Shown: positions 25,437-36,580 of the stretch, piece after piece
Position numbering within the stretch: the first letter of the stretch is position 1
Layout of the letters: each line of letters starts with the position of its first letter
NCBI GenBank assembly: GCA_000934665.2
Contig: KZ538991.1
Coordinates: forward strand, 1 to 37,690
DNA: 37,690 nucleotides
Source: Catajapyx aquilonaris
Taxonomy: Eukaryota
Direction: 5' to 3'
Notes under the pieces: model-generated
What the model was told of the DNA's origin: nothing
The model's database searches: none
Seen by the model: the letters and a program-made list of their open reading frames with translations, nothing else
Translations under genes and position numbers: made by a program

Positions 25437-25751
25437 CCATTATGGGCCATGTCTGCCTTTTTGGGGGGGAAAACCTCATTTAAGAAGTGTGAGTTATTCT
25501 AGACCTTGAATATTTCTTTTATAAGGAACCATTCCAACTACAAAAAATTTATTTACTTAACTCTTTGGTTAATGTATTTTAGTACTGCGGTACTAATAGG
25601 TAAAATTAATGTCTCCTATTTGAGTAATTGGGACTAATTGGGCATAACGAAAGACGACTTCACATGTGCAAAGGTCTGAGATATCTGCTTGTATCCACTT
25701 TATCATCAACTTGTGTAAATCTTTGCAAGAATATAAGATATACAAGTAATA

Positions 25752-26180
25752 CATGGGTCATCTGATAATAAATTATTGGCAACACTGCTGTAATTTTCGT
25801 ACCAGTATGGGTACACACATGAACATTTCACATTACCTAGGTGTAGTCCCCAACTATTTTTATCACTTTTTTCCATAGTCATGGAAAGCTTTGAACGCCC
25901 TGAGAAGTGTTTTTTGTGGAGGTCCCATGCAGAGACCGCCCTAAGATATGCTTCCCTCTTACAGAAATGAAAGCAATCTAAGGGTTCCTTCATTTTTGTA
26001 GTTGATCGTAAGTCACATGTGCTCATGTCAGATGAATAGGGAGGTTGTGCAAACAGCTCCCATTCCCATTTCTGAAGAAAATTTCGGAACAGTAATGGCC
26101 ACATTACAGCAAGGGTTGTCGTGGAAGACAATGGGTCCTCTCTGCAACAAGTCATTCCTCTTAAGAGCGCGCTCTAGGCT
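25752..26180 (-). pseudogene. mariner transposase 3' remnant
   Basis: Minus-strand ALKRNDLLQRGPIVFHDN then, after a frameshift, WEWELFAQPPYSSDMSTCD..KMKEPL (=HDNARPH ... WE.LPHPPYSPDLSPCD); TIR-like end near 25752. Confidence 0.85.
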
Positions 26181-26417
26181 CCGCGTCCCATTGTTGCGGT
26201 GAGCCCGTCGCGGCCCGGCCCGTGAGTTTGACACTTTTTCCTCTCACTGTCCCGATCGCAAATATGGAGGTATCAGCATGAAACTGGAGTATCTGGACGC
26301 GAAAGAGTTGCGCTTTGAGATGGTGCGTTTATTTTTCTCCTGGGGCGATATTTGCGGCCGCCGCGGCCAGGTACAGTTTTTTATTTTGACCCGCAATCAC
26401 TCCTTTCCATGTCGGTA

Positions 26418-27347
26418 CCAAAGAGCTTATACTAGGAAGAGTGGAAAAAACAGCTGGTAGCATAGCAACCGTGTCGCCAATCGACTGACCTGCCACCTGG
26501 CGAGTCGACAGCGAAACTCGATACTGTATTGTACAATATGGTAGATCGAGGCAGTGCCGGAAATATGGCAATAAAAGCCCCAGAGGTTGGAAATAAGCTA
26601 TAAGCACTCGTATACTCTCGTTGGTGTAAAAATTGACGACAAAACACAATGAAGAACACCTGTGAATAGAATACCATCACGAAAAGCAAATTGTTTGCCA
26701 GAAGTTTATTGCCACTACAATAATCCCACACTCTGCGCTATACAATACACACCACGGTAGGCTACTGTACACACTGGTCATGATGGTGAACAGGGTCATG
26801 ACAGGAAGATGTACCCCCCGCTGCTATGTCCATCTTGTGGCGGGACGGGCTTGTTCTTCTATACCGTGAACTCGAGAGCCGTGGAGGGTCCTTTGGTAAT
26901 AAAAAGAATGTGATCCAAGACCCCGTGCGCGAACAGCAGTAGTAACACTCGGCACCCAACCCCCGATCGTCTACGCCCCACTATGCCGGCCTTGGAACTG
27001 GTTCCATTTCAAAATTCGAACGTGATTTCTAAGCAACGAGGTGATTATTTGGATTGTTAGGTGCAGGGTGGCAAGCTGCGTCGAATATCGGTTTCGGGTC
27101 CAAAATTAGTGCCTTAACCGCATACGACCTCATATTGGTCAGTTTTTAGATTTATAACTCTTAATTATGTGCCTCTTGATATTAAATCAACACAGTTTAT
27201 TGAAATTCCCCTCGACAGCACTCGACGGTGCCGCCAAGTGGCGCCGCGTAGTGAGCCAACAACAAAACACGTTGGCCAAACAACTGGCCAAAAAGTGGCG
27301 ACGCTTGGAAACAGTTTTTTCCACTCTTCCTAGTATAAGCTCTTTGG
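26418..27347 (-). mobile_element. TIR element with a THAP-like fragment (possible P-superfamily derivative)
   Basis: Perfect 34-bp inverted repeat CCAAAGAGCTTATACTAGGAAGAGTGGAAAAAAC (26418-26451 / 27314-27347); minus-strand peptide CYYCCSRTGSWITFFLLPKDPPR. No TSD found. Confidence 0.75.
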
Positions 27348-27405
27348 GTTAAACGTAGGCCTATAAAGCATATATTATACGTGTTTTATTATATGAGCAG
27401 CACTT

Positions 27406-27684
27406 ACCGAAGCAGGTTGGTGTAGGGGATAAGGAGCCTGCCTGCTAATCGGGAGGTCCTGGGTTCGAATCCCGGGGCCGGCGACCCTGACCGTGGTTTT
27501 CTGTGGTTTTCCATGGTTCCCCCCCCCCCCCACCACACCNNNNNNNNNNNNGGGGTCGTTTCCGTAAAAATAGGCCACAGCCGCTTCATTCTTTCCCTAT
27601 CCCTGGTCCCATCCAATGGTGGTAATCCACTCCCCTAAGGGAGCCAAAGGCTCTAGCACGGGGTAAGAAATAAATAAATAATAA
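27406..27684 (+). mobile_element. tRNA-derived SINE (second family)
   Basis: A-box-like TGGTGTAGGGG, B box GGTTCGAATCCC; central GGTTTTCTGTGGTTTTCC..AGGCCACAGCCGCTTC segment resembling insect tRNA-SINE cores; (TAAA)n tail; 15-bp TSD ATATGAGCAGCACTT. Confidence 0.92.
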
Positions 27685-28498
27685 ATATGAGCAGCACTTG
27701 GGTAAGTGCTACATAATATTATACTGTACCTCCTGTTTCAGTGTTGGCTTCTAATTTTCAGATACAGTAAGATATGTAGGCCTACTAGTCTACTACAGCA
27801 TATCCTTTGTTGGCCATGGGATATTTGACCACATGTGGTCATTAGTTGTTATGTCCAAGATGCTGCCTTGCAGGTTGCAGATCTCTGCTGTTTCATCTGA
27901 TTACAGATTTTATCTTTCTCTCTGCATAATAAGGGCAAGTAAAAAGAACAGAGGTTTGTGCACAACTTCTAAAAATGTTATTGATTGTGAATATGTTGTC
28001 GTAAAAGTGCCGATTTGGATATAGGAAACCTCTGTTTTAGGATACTGGTTTTCTCAGGCCCTTGAAGTCTCGCCGTAGTCGACTGCATAGTAATTTTTAG
28101 CATTGCAATCCGCCTTTTCGCCAAACAGACCCCGCGCAACCTTTCAAATTTTCCGATCGCCATTTGTTTATCCCCTATTTAATATCTCAGGTAATAAATA
28201 CATCATTTAATGCAATTGCCTTAATTATTTGAAGGCCTGGTGCACGTTGTCAAATTGCTGGACACAAATATATCTGGAATAAACAAAAAAGTGGGGGAAG
28301 GCGGGGGGAAGATGTGGAGGGGAGTGAGAAGTGAGGGGGGGAGGCTTGAGCGGGGAGGATCCGCCATGACAGTTTACCCGTTCCATTTTGTGTGTCGTTG
28401 TTGCTGTAAGGGAGTGAGCAATCTCGTATAGTTCCCGTAGCTCTCTGCGTAGCCACCTTAGGTAGCCACCGTGCCGTCGCCTGCTGCTGTTAGGCAAG

Positions 28499-28795
28499 AT
28501 GGCGAGGGGCAAGAAGCAGCGTCGAAAGGAAAGGAAGCGTCGCCTTCAAGCGGAACAAGAACAGGCCATGGCCGCTGCCGCTTTGCATGATACAACGACC
28601 GCGGCCGGTGCACAACCCCCGTTGCATCTACCTGCGGCGGGGATGTCTGCGGCACTGCAGGAGGTACCTGATGCTGCTGACATCGAAGGGGCCCTTGCGG
28701 CCGGTGCGGCGGCAGGGACAGGAGCCGCGGCCGGATACGACGCCAGGAGCGATCAAGTCACCCAGATCAGGGAGACGCTGGCAGTAGAAGAAGGG
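28499..28795 (+). CDS. RhoGAP gene, putative first coding exon (basic then Ala-rich)
   Basis: GC-rich ORF starting caagATGG; MARGKKQRRKERKRRLQAEQ...AVEEG; donor GTATGT at 28796 in phase 0, matching the next exon. Confidence 0.7.
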
Positions 28796-31700
28796 GTATG
28801 TATATGAACTTCGCTTATGCTTAATTGGGCAAGTTCATTCTAGATGCAACAAAAGGGCAGTTATTGAGGTATAGTAGCTAGAATGTAGGCCTACTAGATA
28901 CAGTGGTTCCCAACCGGTGGGGAATTCCCCCGCCCCACCCATGGAGGAATTTCAGGGTTTCAGCAGGTTTCAGGGGGGGATTGGGACCACAAATCAGCAG
29001 ACTCATGATGTCTGTGGGTGCTGCATAAATGGAGCACCAGCTACGTTGGGAACGAAATCCGACTTTCAAGTTTGTATGAATAAATGAGGTCCAAAAGCGA
29101 AAGGCATAGGGTCGAATTTTCGTCCTTCTGCTAGTACATGTTACTGCTCACTTATCAGTACAGGCATCGTTTTGCAACCCTGTATTTTGTGTCTTTTTGT
29201 TCCTGACATCATCTGCCAGCCAAAGAATCAGTACTTTGTTGAAATATGTGTTAGTAGATTAGACAGGGGGTTCATGTGTTCCTAATTCACATTTTGTAAT
29301 TTCAGTTGTGAATTGTAAATAAATGTTTCTCATTGTTTGCAGAAAGAAGTCCCAGAATCTAGTTCTGGGAAGAGTATGATGGAGAGTGCCGGATTGATGG
29401 GGACTCTGTCAGTCGTCGGGTAAGTTTAATTACTTATTTGTATGGTGGGGGGAAAGTTCTAAAACATACGAAACAGTTTCTGTTTATTTTTTTTCTCATA
29501 TTAGACCATATATGTTAGGTATAAGGACTGGTTGTATGAACATGACTTTTCCCTAATTTCAGCATTTTCTGGGCCCAAAATGTATCACATAAATACAGAA
29601 ATTGTTGTATGAGAACAAGGTTAGTCAAATATCCAATGAAGTCATGCCTAAACACTAAATCCTGGACATCCACCTATATTATTTTCCTGAATGCAACTGA
29701 TGCTAAATATCTGAATTCCTTGTGTAATTTATTGGTAAAGAAGAGCCTGGTTTTTAATTTGATTTTTTGTAAGCAGTATTTTTCCATGAATTAGTTGTAT
29801 GGATTTATTGATGAGAACTTCCTGATCTACCTAACATGATTTTTATTCAAATGATATCAGCAACAATAATGGGGGAGAATTTGGCTTGCAGGCTAATATT
29901 TTATATGATGTTTTTGTATACCATTTCATATATTGCAGTTAATTCAGTATTTTTGTTTTATTTGATGTTGCACAGGTTTTAATTCTATTGATTGAATGTC
30001 AAGTTACACATAATTTTCAATAATCCACCATGAAGAGTTAAGATATGTGAAACTGTCTAATATTAGACCCATGTACATAATGGATTTTCAAACATGGAGT
30101 CAGGATTAACACAGAGTTATTGAGAGGGGGTTAACCCCTGTTCATGTACAAGTTGGCAATTCAACCCTGCAACACAGGGCTGAGTGCAACCCAGAGTAAA
30201 ATCTGGTTGGGGAACTGAGTTGATGCTGCCACTCAGGGTTAAGAGCATTAAAAAATGGTGGGTAGAATCAAGTTGGAATAAGTGCTTTGGAGTTTTTGGA
30301 GGAGATCGAGGCTATAGGTGACAAAGTGTGGTACAACCTTGTAGGGGTGGATAGATGCCCAGCAGAAGTATACTCTGCCGCTTTGTTCTGGGAAAAAGGC
30401 TATAGAGTTCCAGGAACAAGTAACCCAATGCTTGTTTACTAAAATTTTGTATGTGGCTCCAATTCAACCCTGCTGGGTTCAATCCTAATTCACACTCAAC
30501 ATGCAATTTGAGCAGTCATTATGTGTAGATGTGTATCACGAGCCTTAGACATTCATGACAGCATGTTACATGAAAATATTGAACCATACACATGTTTGAA
30601 ATTGCCATGTGCAGTTCCCTGAGTGCCCTGTTTGTCATAAAGTATCAGCCAGTAAAATTAAAAACTTGAGTGTAACAGCTTATAGCATATTCATGCATTA
30701 AGAATTTTCAGATGAAGTACAGTTATTCAAATTTACACATTTCCTATTCAGCAAAGTTTTGGGAGAATGTGGACCTCTGAAGGCAAAAATTGGTACTAGT
30801 GAAATAATTAAGCGTCAAGTCCAGATTGAGCAGTTGGTTTTGGGTCTTCAGCAACTAGTAGATGTGGACATCCCAAACATCATGAAGCAACAAGAACATT
30901 TAAACAAGATGACCTTAGATAGGGATGATGCCTGGACTAGGTAAAGTGAACTTTGTGTTTTCTTTTCTAATGTCAATCACTTCACACAATTTTGCAAAGG
31001 AACCCTTTTAATGTGGATTATACTGGAAATTATTGTTGATGTGTGGGATTGCTTTTATGTTTCTTTCATTTCATTCTGTTTTTTTTTGTTTTTTTGTTTT
31101 TTTTTAAAGATACCACACAGCAACCGAAACAGCTGCTGGTTCTGGCACTAGCAATTCCAAAGCTGATACCTTCAAAGAGGAGTTCGAAGATGCACAGCAA
31201 CAGGTGGAGCATTGTAGGGTAAGATTTCCTCCAACATTTTTTCCTGTCACACAAGCAGGTGTCTCAGGTTATGTATTTGACTGTCTAGTGTCATTATTGG
31301 GTTCAAATGTCTCAGTGGTGTTACTATGGTCCCCATGTACATTAATTAACCTTCCACTCTTCATGTAGTGTATTTTATGCCAAGTGCATTGGAAAAGTAT
31401 GCAAATTTTACCTTATTCTGAATGCTTGGATTCATGTAGCCTATGAAGTCTGTGAAGGTCTTGATGTTCTTGGGAGCTGACATAGGAATGTGATACCAGA
31501 GCTAAAAGTTTGCAACAATTTGCTGGGTATTCATAGTCAAATGCAAAACTGTGTGTGTATTGCTCTTCAACTAGAAAGTACAGTAGGTTACAACTCCACT
31601 TGGCATGCTTGGCACGCTGAAGTGGTCGTCACAATCAGAACAGTGAGTGTATTTCTGATGCGGAATTCCACTGAATATTCTAAGCATAATATTCTAAGAT

Positions 31701-33736
31701 AAAGTTCTCCTGTATTGTGGAATTTTTTTCCCAATAGTGCCACATTTTAAAATCAGGAAGTATGTCAACAGTATTAGTACCATCCTTCGGTATAAACCAC
31801 ACTTACCAGTTACCACCTCTGCTACTTTCCATATTCTGTGACTGTGGGCAACATGGTGATGTTGTGGTTAGCACCACCGACTTCCATGGCTGAGGTCATG
31901 AGTTTTATCCCCATGTTGGATGGAGGATTTTCTCATGTGGAAATAGTCTTCATGGGGTCTCAGAATGCTCGTGGTGGTTTTCTTGGGTTCTCTTGTTTCT
32001 TTTCACAGTCAAAATCCATCACAACATTGTGAATCAATAAAGTCCAGAATAAAAAGAGGATCTCCTAAGAGGGCACAGTTCTATCATGGTTCTATCATAC
32101 TTCTCAACTGGAATCTTGAATATGTGGCTTCAAATCACTTTGAAAACATGATTGTGTAAAGTGGATCAAATCTTTACGTATGGCAAGTCCCACATCTGGT
32201 GGCTCCATGATCATTGGAGCCACCAGATGTGGAAGTTGTGGAGTATCGAACACCCGCAAACACCTCTACAACTTTTGACAAGCAATATATGTAATATTGA
32301 AGTATTTGATATGTATGAAAATCATAATTCGTTCATGTATTTTGTCTTACAGGATGCCCATGCTGTTGAAATGTTGCAATTTATGTCATGCAAGGAAAGG
32401 TTGGTCGAATCGGTATTATTGTTGGTGAAACTGCAGTGGGATTATCACCGAGCTGCCATTGATGCATTGGATGCCAACATGTTATACATAGAGAAATTAA
32501 TACGTATGTCAGACATATTTCAAGCTGTATTTTTTTTGCCACTTATTTATTTCCATTGGCACTTGAAACGTTACTTTGGTTCACTTGCAGGTGCCAATCC
32601 ATTCAGGCCGGCTTACGGAGTGGATCTGGAGGAACACCTAAGAGTAACAGAACGAAAAGTAGCTTATCCCCTTCAACTATGCGTTTGTGCCTTATTAGAA
32701 GGTGGGGTGCAGGAAGAGGGACTGTTTCGAGTGGCTGGAGGTGAAATCATTATTTGTAAGGGCAATTTGAGAAAGCTGACGTATATTAACAAAATACTTA
32801 TTGCAGGAGCTTCTCATGTTAGAAAACTCAAGACTGCTTTTGACGCTGGCCTTGTGGATTTACCCATGATTATGGAGGTTCGAGACCCCCATGTTGTTGC
32901 AGGAGCTTTGAAGTCATATTTGAGGGAGCTGCCAGAACCACTTTTGACAAATCAACTATATGATGACTGGATGACTGCTGCCAGGTGCATATTTAGTTGT
33001 TTGGTAAAAAGTGCAAATTCCTGTTTGGTGTTGGGATTTGTAGGGTGCAAGATCCAGATGCAAGATTGCAAGAATTGCGGAAAGTGGTGCAGGAAATGCC
33101 AAAATCCAGTTTCGACAATTTGCGATATTTGATCAAATTTTTGGCTCTTCTGGCGAAAAATCAAAAAACCAATAAGATGGGATATCCCAATATTGCCATT
33201 GTGATGACACCTAATTTAATTTGGAACCCTGCACAAGATGGTGAAACTGTGATGGGGTGAGTGGCATTCAGTACAAGTTGCCTTGTCATAGCTGACATTA
33301 AATTCTTGTATATTTTTTTTTCTCTAGGATGAACATGTCCATGACAAATACTCACAGTTCAATTATTGACTCTCTAGTCACATATGCAGATTGGTTCTTC
33401 CCAGGAGGTAAGTGCAGAAGTATACTGCATCACAGAATAGTGGCAGGTTTAAGAATTATTGATTAACTAGATTTTATTTATGTTTGCTTTTCGTGAGACC
33501 TACACAGAGTTGTTAATATTTACTAGTTACAACCAAGCCCTAATATTGGTGGTGGCTTCTGTCATGCACATATTCAGTTAACTTTTTTTTAAGAAGCCAG
33601 CACACTATTAAATTTATGTGACATCATTTTGTAAAGGGTCCCTCAGATATTGTGTATCTACTGTATATTGGAGTTGCTCCCCCCACACACTATATAGAAC
33701 ACAAATTCTGTCGAGGGAGAAATCAATTTGATCAGA

Positions 33737-33770
<34 letters not shown>

Positions 33771-34783
33771 ATTCATGTAACATTCTGCATCAATTATATT
33801 TAATTTATTTACAGATATTGATTTCTTCATCACTTGTTGCGAAAAGATTCCACAAGATAGCTCAAGAGAGGCTCAGGATTTGCCAAGATCAGCTGAGAAA
33901 CCCAAGCCTGTGGTGCCCATCAGGCCAGCAATTCTGCGAGTAATGCAGCCAAATACAAAGGATGCCAAGACTGAGGAAAAGCCTCAGTGGGCCTGTGAAA
34001 ATTCTGCAGAGGTAAGTTTGAAACTGTTACAGATTCTTCATATTGTGAAAATTTATACTCTGCAGGGACAAGAGTCAGAGCGTGCTGTACTGGAGCAGAC
34101 CCATTTGTACTGTGTGGACAAGCAGCAGGTTTCCATTGTGAACAAGGGTTCAAATGAACCAACAGCAAGGAGATTTTCTCATGGTGATACACCATCAGGT
34201 ATTACTTTTAACTTTATTGTTGTGGCAAGTGTGACCCTGGAAATCATTCCAGAAAAAGGCATTGCATCTGAATCCTCCGAGAAAGCAACGGACCTTCACA
34301 TTGAGGAAGATCACTCTAGTCAGCACGTGTCACAGGTACAGGAAAAGGAAGAGGCAAGAGATGAAATGCCAGAAGGTACTGAGAAGGGACCCATTGGTGA
34401 TGGGATGCTTTCGTCACAAGGGGTGGGAGAGTTTATTGGCAATTCTGAGTGCCAGTCCATGTATACTAGCAGTCAGGTTTACATATTGTTATTTTTATTT
34501 TTATTTTATATTGTTAATTGTACCCCATTAGAGGGGACCTTTTAGAGGGGTGGATTACATATCTGCAGGTGGAAAGTCCCAATCCCCAACAAATTACCCC
34601 CCCCCCCCCCCCCNCCCCCCCCATCTCCTCACCTTCCTTTGTGCCCTCCCTGACCCCCAGTGTCGCAACCAGTGCCTGCCGCCAAGCCACGTAGCGGCTA
34701 TGGTTCAGAAAGCACAGACTTGTAGCAGTCACGTGGAGAGTGTCTTGAGTGCGCAGAGGAAGGAGAAGACACGTGTGAACTAG
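28499..34783 (+). CDS. BAR-RhoGAP protein of the ARHGAP17/ARHGAP44/SH3BP1 (RhoGAP92B/RICH) family, diverged; 3' end uncertain
   Basis: Phase-consistent exon chain 28499-28795, 29343-29419, 30752-30940, 31110-31218, 32353-32503, 32591-32740, 32807-32984, 33044-33256, 33328-33407, 33815-34011, 34066-34198, 34253-34476 (666 codons), plus a probable last exon from 34569. BAR motifs VDIPNIMKQ and KADTFKEEFEDA; GAP motifs YGVDLEEHL, EEGLFRVAG, ALKSYLRELPEPL, NKM..NIAIV.TPNL, ADWFFPG. Confidence 0.88.
28901..29060 (+). mobile_element. Truncated hAT MITE end
   Basis: CAGTGGTTCCCAACC terminus; no partner TIR seen, right boundary approximate. Confidence 0.45.
29343..29419 (+). CDS. RhoGAP gene exon (BAR)
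   Basis: Acceptor tttgcag; KEVPESSSGKSMMESAGLMGTLSVVG, comparable to the family segment KKLP..L...M.E; donor GTAAGT. Confidence 0.8.
30752..30940 (+). CDS. RhoGAP gene exon (BAR)
   Basis: KVLGECG...LQQLVDVDIPNIMKQQEHLNKMTLDRDDAWTR; AG/GT boundaries, phase 2/2. Confidence 0.9.
31110..31218 (+). CDS. RhoGAP gene exon (BAR)
   Basis: Long poly-T tract then AAG acceptor; YHTATETAAGSGTSNSKADTFKEEFEDAQQQVEHCR; donor GTAAGA. Confidence 0.88.
32353..32503 (+). CDS. RhoGAP gene exon (end of BAR)
   Basis: DAHAVEMLQFMSCKE...LQWDYHRAAIDALDANMLYIEKLI; donor GTATGT. Confidence 0.9.
32591..32740 (+). CDS. RhoGAP gene exon (GAP domain, arginine finger)
   Basis: ANPFRPAYGVDLEEHLRVTERKVAYPLQLCVCALLEGGVQEEGLFRVAG. 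Confidence 0.93.
32807..32984 (+). CDS. RhoGAP gene exon (GAP domain)
   Basis: ASHVRKLKTAFDAG...DPHVVAGALKSYLRELPEPLLTNQLYDDWMTAA. Confidence 0.93.
33044..33256 (+). CDS. RhoGAP gene exon (GAP domain)
   Basis: VQDPDARLQELRKVVQEMPKSSFDNLRYLIKFLALLAKNQKTNKMGYPNIAIVMTPNLIW...; donor GTGAGT. Confidence 0.93.
33328..33407 (+). CDS. RhoGAP gene exon (end of GAP domain)
   Basis: MNMSMTNTHSSIIDSLVTYADWFFPG; donor GTAAGT. Confidence 0.9.
33738..33770. repeat. (GATT)n microsatellite
   Basis: Seen directly. Confidence 0.9.
33815..34011 (+). CDS. RhoGAP gene exon (C-terminal tail)
   Basis: DIDFFITCCEKIPQDSSREAQDLPRSAEKPKPVVPIRP...ENSAE; acceptor ttacag, donor GTAAGT. Confidence 0.82.
34066..34198 (+). 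CDS. RhoGAP gene exon (C-terminal tail)
   Basis: Acceptor ctgcag; GQESERAVLEQTHLY...RRFSHGDTPS; donor GTATTA. Confidence 0.65.
34253..34476 (+). CDS. RhoGAP gene exon (acidic C-terminal tail)
   Basis: Acceptor ttccag; EKGIASESSEKATDLHIEEDHSS...MYTSSQ; followed by GTTTAC and an AT-rich intron-like tract. Confidence 0.6.
34569..34783 (+). CDS. Probable terminal RhoGAP exon (Pro-rich); frame unresolved
   Basis: Acceptor ctgcag at 34568; VESPNPQQITPPPP. The poly-C run contains an N, so the downstream frame and stop cannot be fixed. Confidence 0.35.
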
Positions 34784-35072
34784 AGCAGAATTCAATTATT
34801 TAAAACTCAGATGTGTTACACAGTACATCTGTAAGAAAGTTAGATGCACTTTTTTGATGGAAGACTGCTTTCACTAGTAGTATTAATTGGTTTGCACTAA
34901 CAAGTCTAGAACTGTATGCATACTGGCACCAAATGTGCCAATGAGATTCCAGTTAATTGTATATGCACAATTCAAGTGTCATGTTTTTCAGGGTTTTTTT
35001 TCCATTATTGCCATAAACTTTCCAACTGCAGTGTCCAGTGCGTGCTGGTTGTCAGCTACAAAATTGCATTTG

Positions 35073-35078
35073 AATAAA
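35073..35078 (+). terminator. Candidate polyadenylation signal of the RhoGAP gene
   Basis: AATAAA about 300 nt after the probable last coding exon; position is the only support. Confidence 0.3.
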
Positions 35079-36580
35079 ACATTTGAGTGGGTCAGAACAA
35101 TAACAGCATATCCCACCCAAGGGTCTAATTTGAGTTTTTGGTGGCTGTGATTGCAAGATACATCAATGAATCAGTTCCATAAGTTGGAGCCAGCTTGGAG
35201 CCCTACCTTTCTATTAAATCCACATTTACATTGATATGACTACATTAAAAAGTATTATTCTGCACACATTTAAACCTCGAATATCTCAAAAACAGTTGTG
35301 ATTGGGATATGCCATTATTATTCTGACCCACTCATTTTATACAGATTGATTAATATTCAGAAATAAATCAGGGACTGCATATGGAACCTATGTGGATTTA
35401 TTTATCCTGTCATAAGCCAATTTGAAAGTATGCTGCAAAAAAAATTTAAATACAGAAGGTTGTAAAATACTTTAGTTGCAAGTTCTGGGAAATCATTTCT
35501 TCAGTTTGAATTCAGTTCTGGGTGTGCTTTTCTTCAGCACCTTCATATTTCAGAGGTCATGAATCTCAAGAGAAAGTGTAAGGTAAGGACTTCACTACCC
35601 CACGATCTTACTGGTGGTCTGTGTAACCGGATTCCAATTTGGTTGAAGGGGTTTCTCAGAGACATTTTGAGTAATGGCTGATTTATTTATCCAACAGAGC
35701 TAAGTATCATTTTGAAGTGTTAGTCATTATTGTTTAAAAAGATGTCACAGAGTTGTATGGATGCTGGGAAATTTTTTGCAGAGAATACGTCTTCTTCTAT
35801 CATTAAACTACTTAAGGGTTACTAGACTGCTAGAGTGTCGGATCCTGAAGACTAACTTCTCGGTCACCGTTATTTTTAAGAGTTGTCCAAGAGACAAGCA
35901 TCTCGTTATTTCTTGGAATCTGATGAAGAGCCAGCATTCAACAGGTATCAATACCAACAACTCGAAGGACTTTCGTAATGGGAGACCGAATGTGGCAGGG
36001 GTAGGGTCATGCTGCACCAACCTACCCCGTGACCTAACCTTCCTTCCCAGCAGATATACGCCTATCCTTCAGCAGATACATGCCTTATTCATCACCTGGC
36101 GACTATCCTCCTGACGCCCAGCGTACAGCCCTCTAGCCATTGGTGTTTAAAATTTGTTAAAAAAATTTTTTTAGAAAAAAAAAATAAATCTAAATATTAA
36201 AAAATTTAAAAAAAATAAAAAAAATAAAATCTGGGCTTCAGGAGGCTATACTTATCTGCATGGTAAACATAGGGACTGGGGAGGGAGGCTGAAAAGTTGG
36301 AAAAAACCCACCGAATCCCCGCAGTCTCTTCTTGGTTCCCCTATACCTCCATCGCTTAGATTCTTTTCGCTTCCGTTCCACTTGCAAATAAGGACAATAT
36401 ACGTATTTTACAAATAATAACAGCTATACTTTTACATTAATGCTCTACACAGTGCATGTGTTGGAAACCATTTTACTTGCATAGAAGTCCGTAAATTAAT
36501 TTGCAAAAAGATCGCCACACAGTATACCTGCTATAATTATATTTCCGCCTAGATTTTCCATCCTCTTGAACTAACAAGTA

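Noticed and set aside
25248..25502. Poly-Ile ORF
   Set aside because: Translation of the ATT/ATA microsatellite.
32152..33132. 326-aa single-exon ORF
   Set aside because: Read-through of introns; the real structure is several GT-AG exons.
34597..34622. Frameshift or pseudogenisation at the RhoGAP 3' end
   Set aside because: The poly-C run contains an N, so its length is unreliable; more likely an assembly artefact.
35915..35945. Hammerhead ribozyme core (CTGATGA)
   Set aside because: No supporting stems or GAAA partner seen here or at ~2046.
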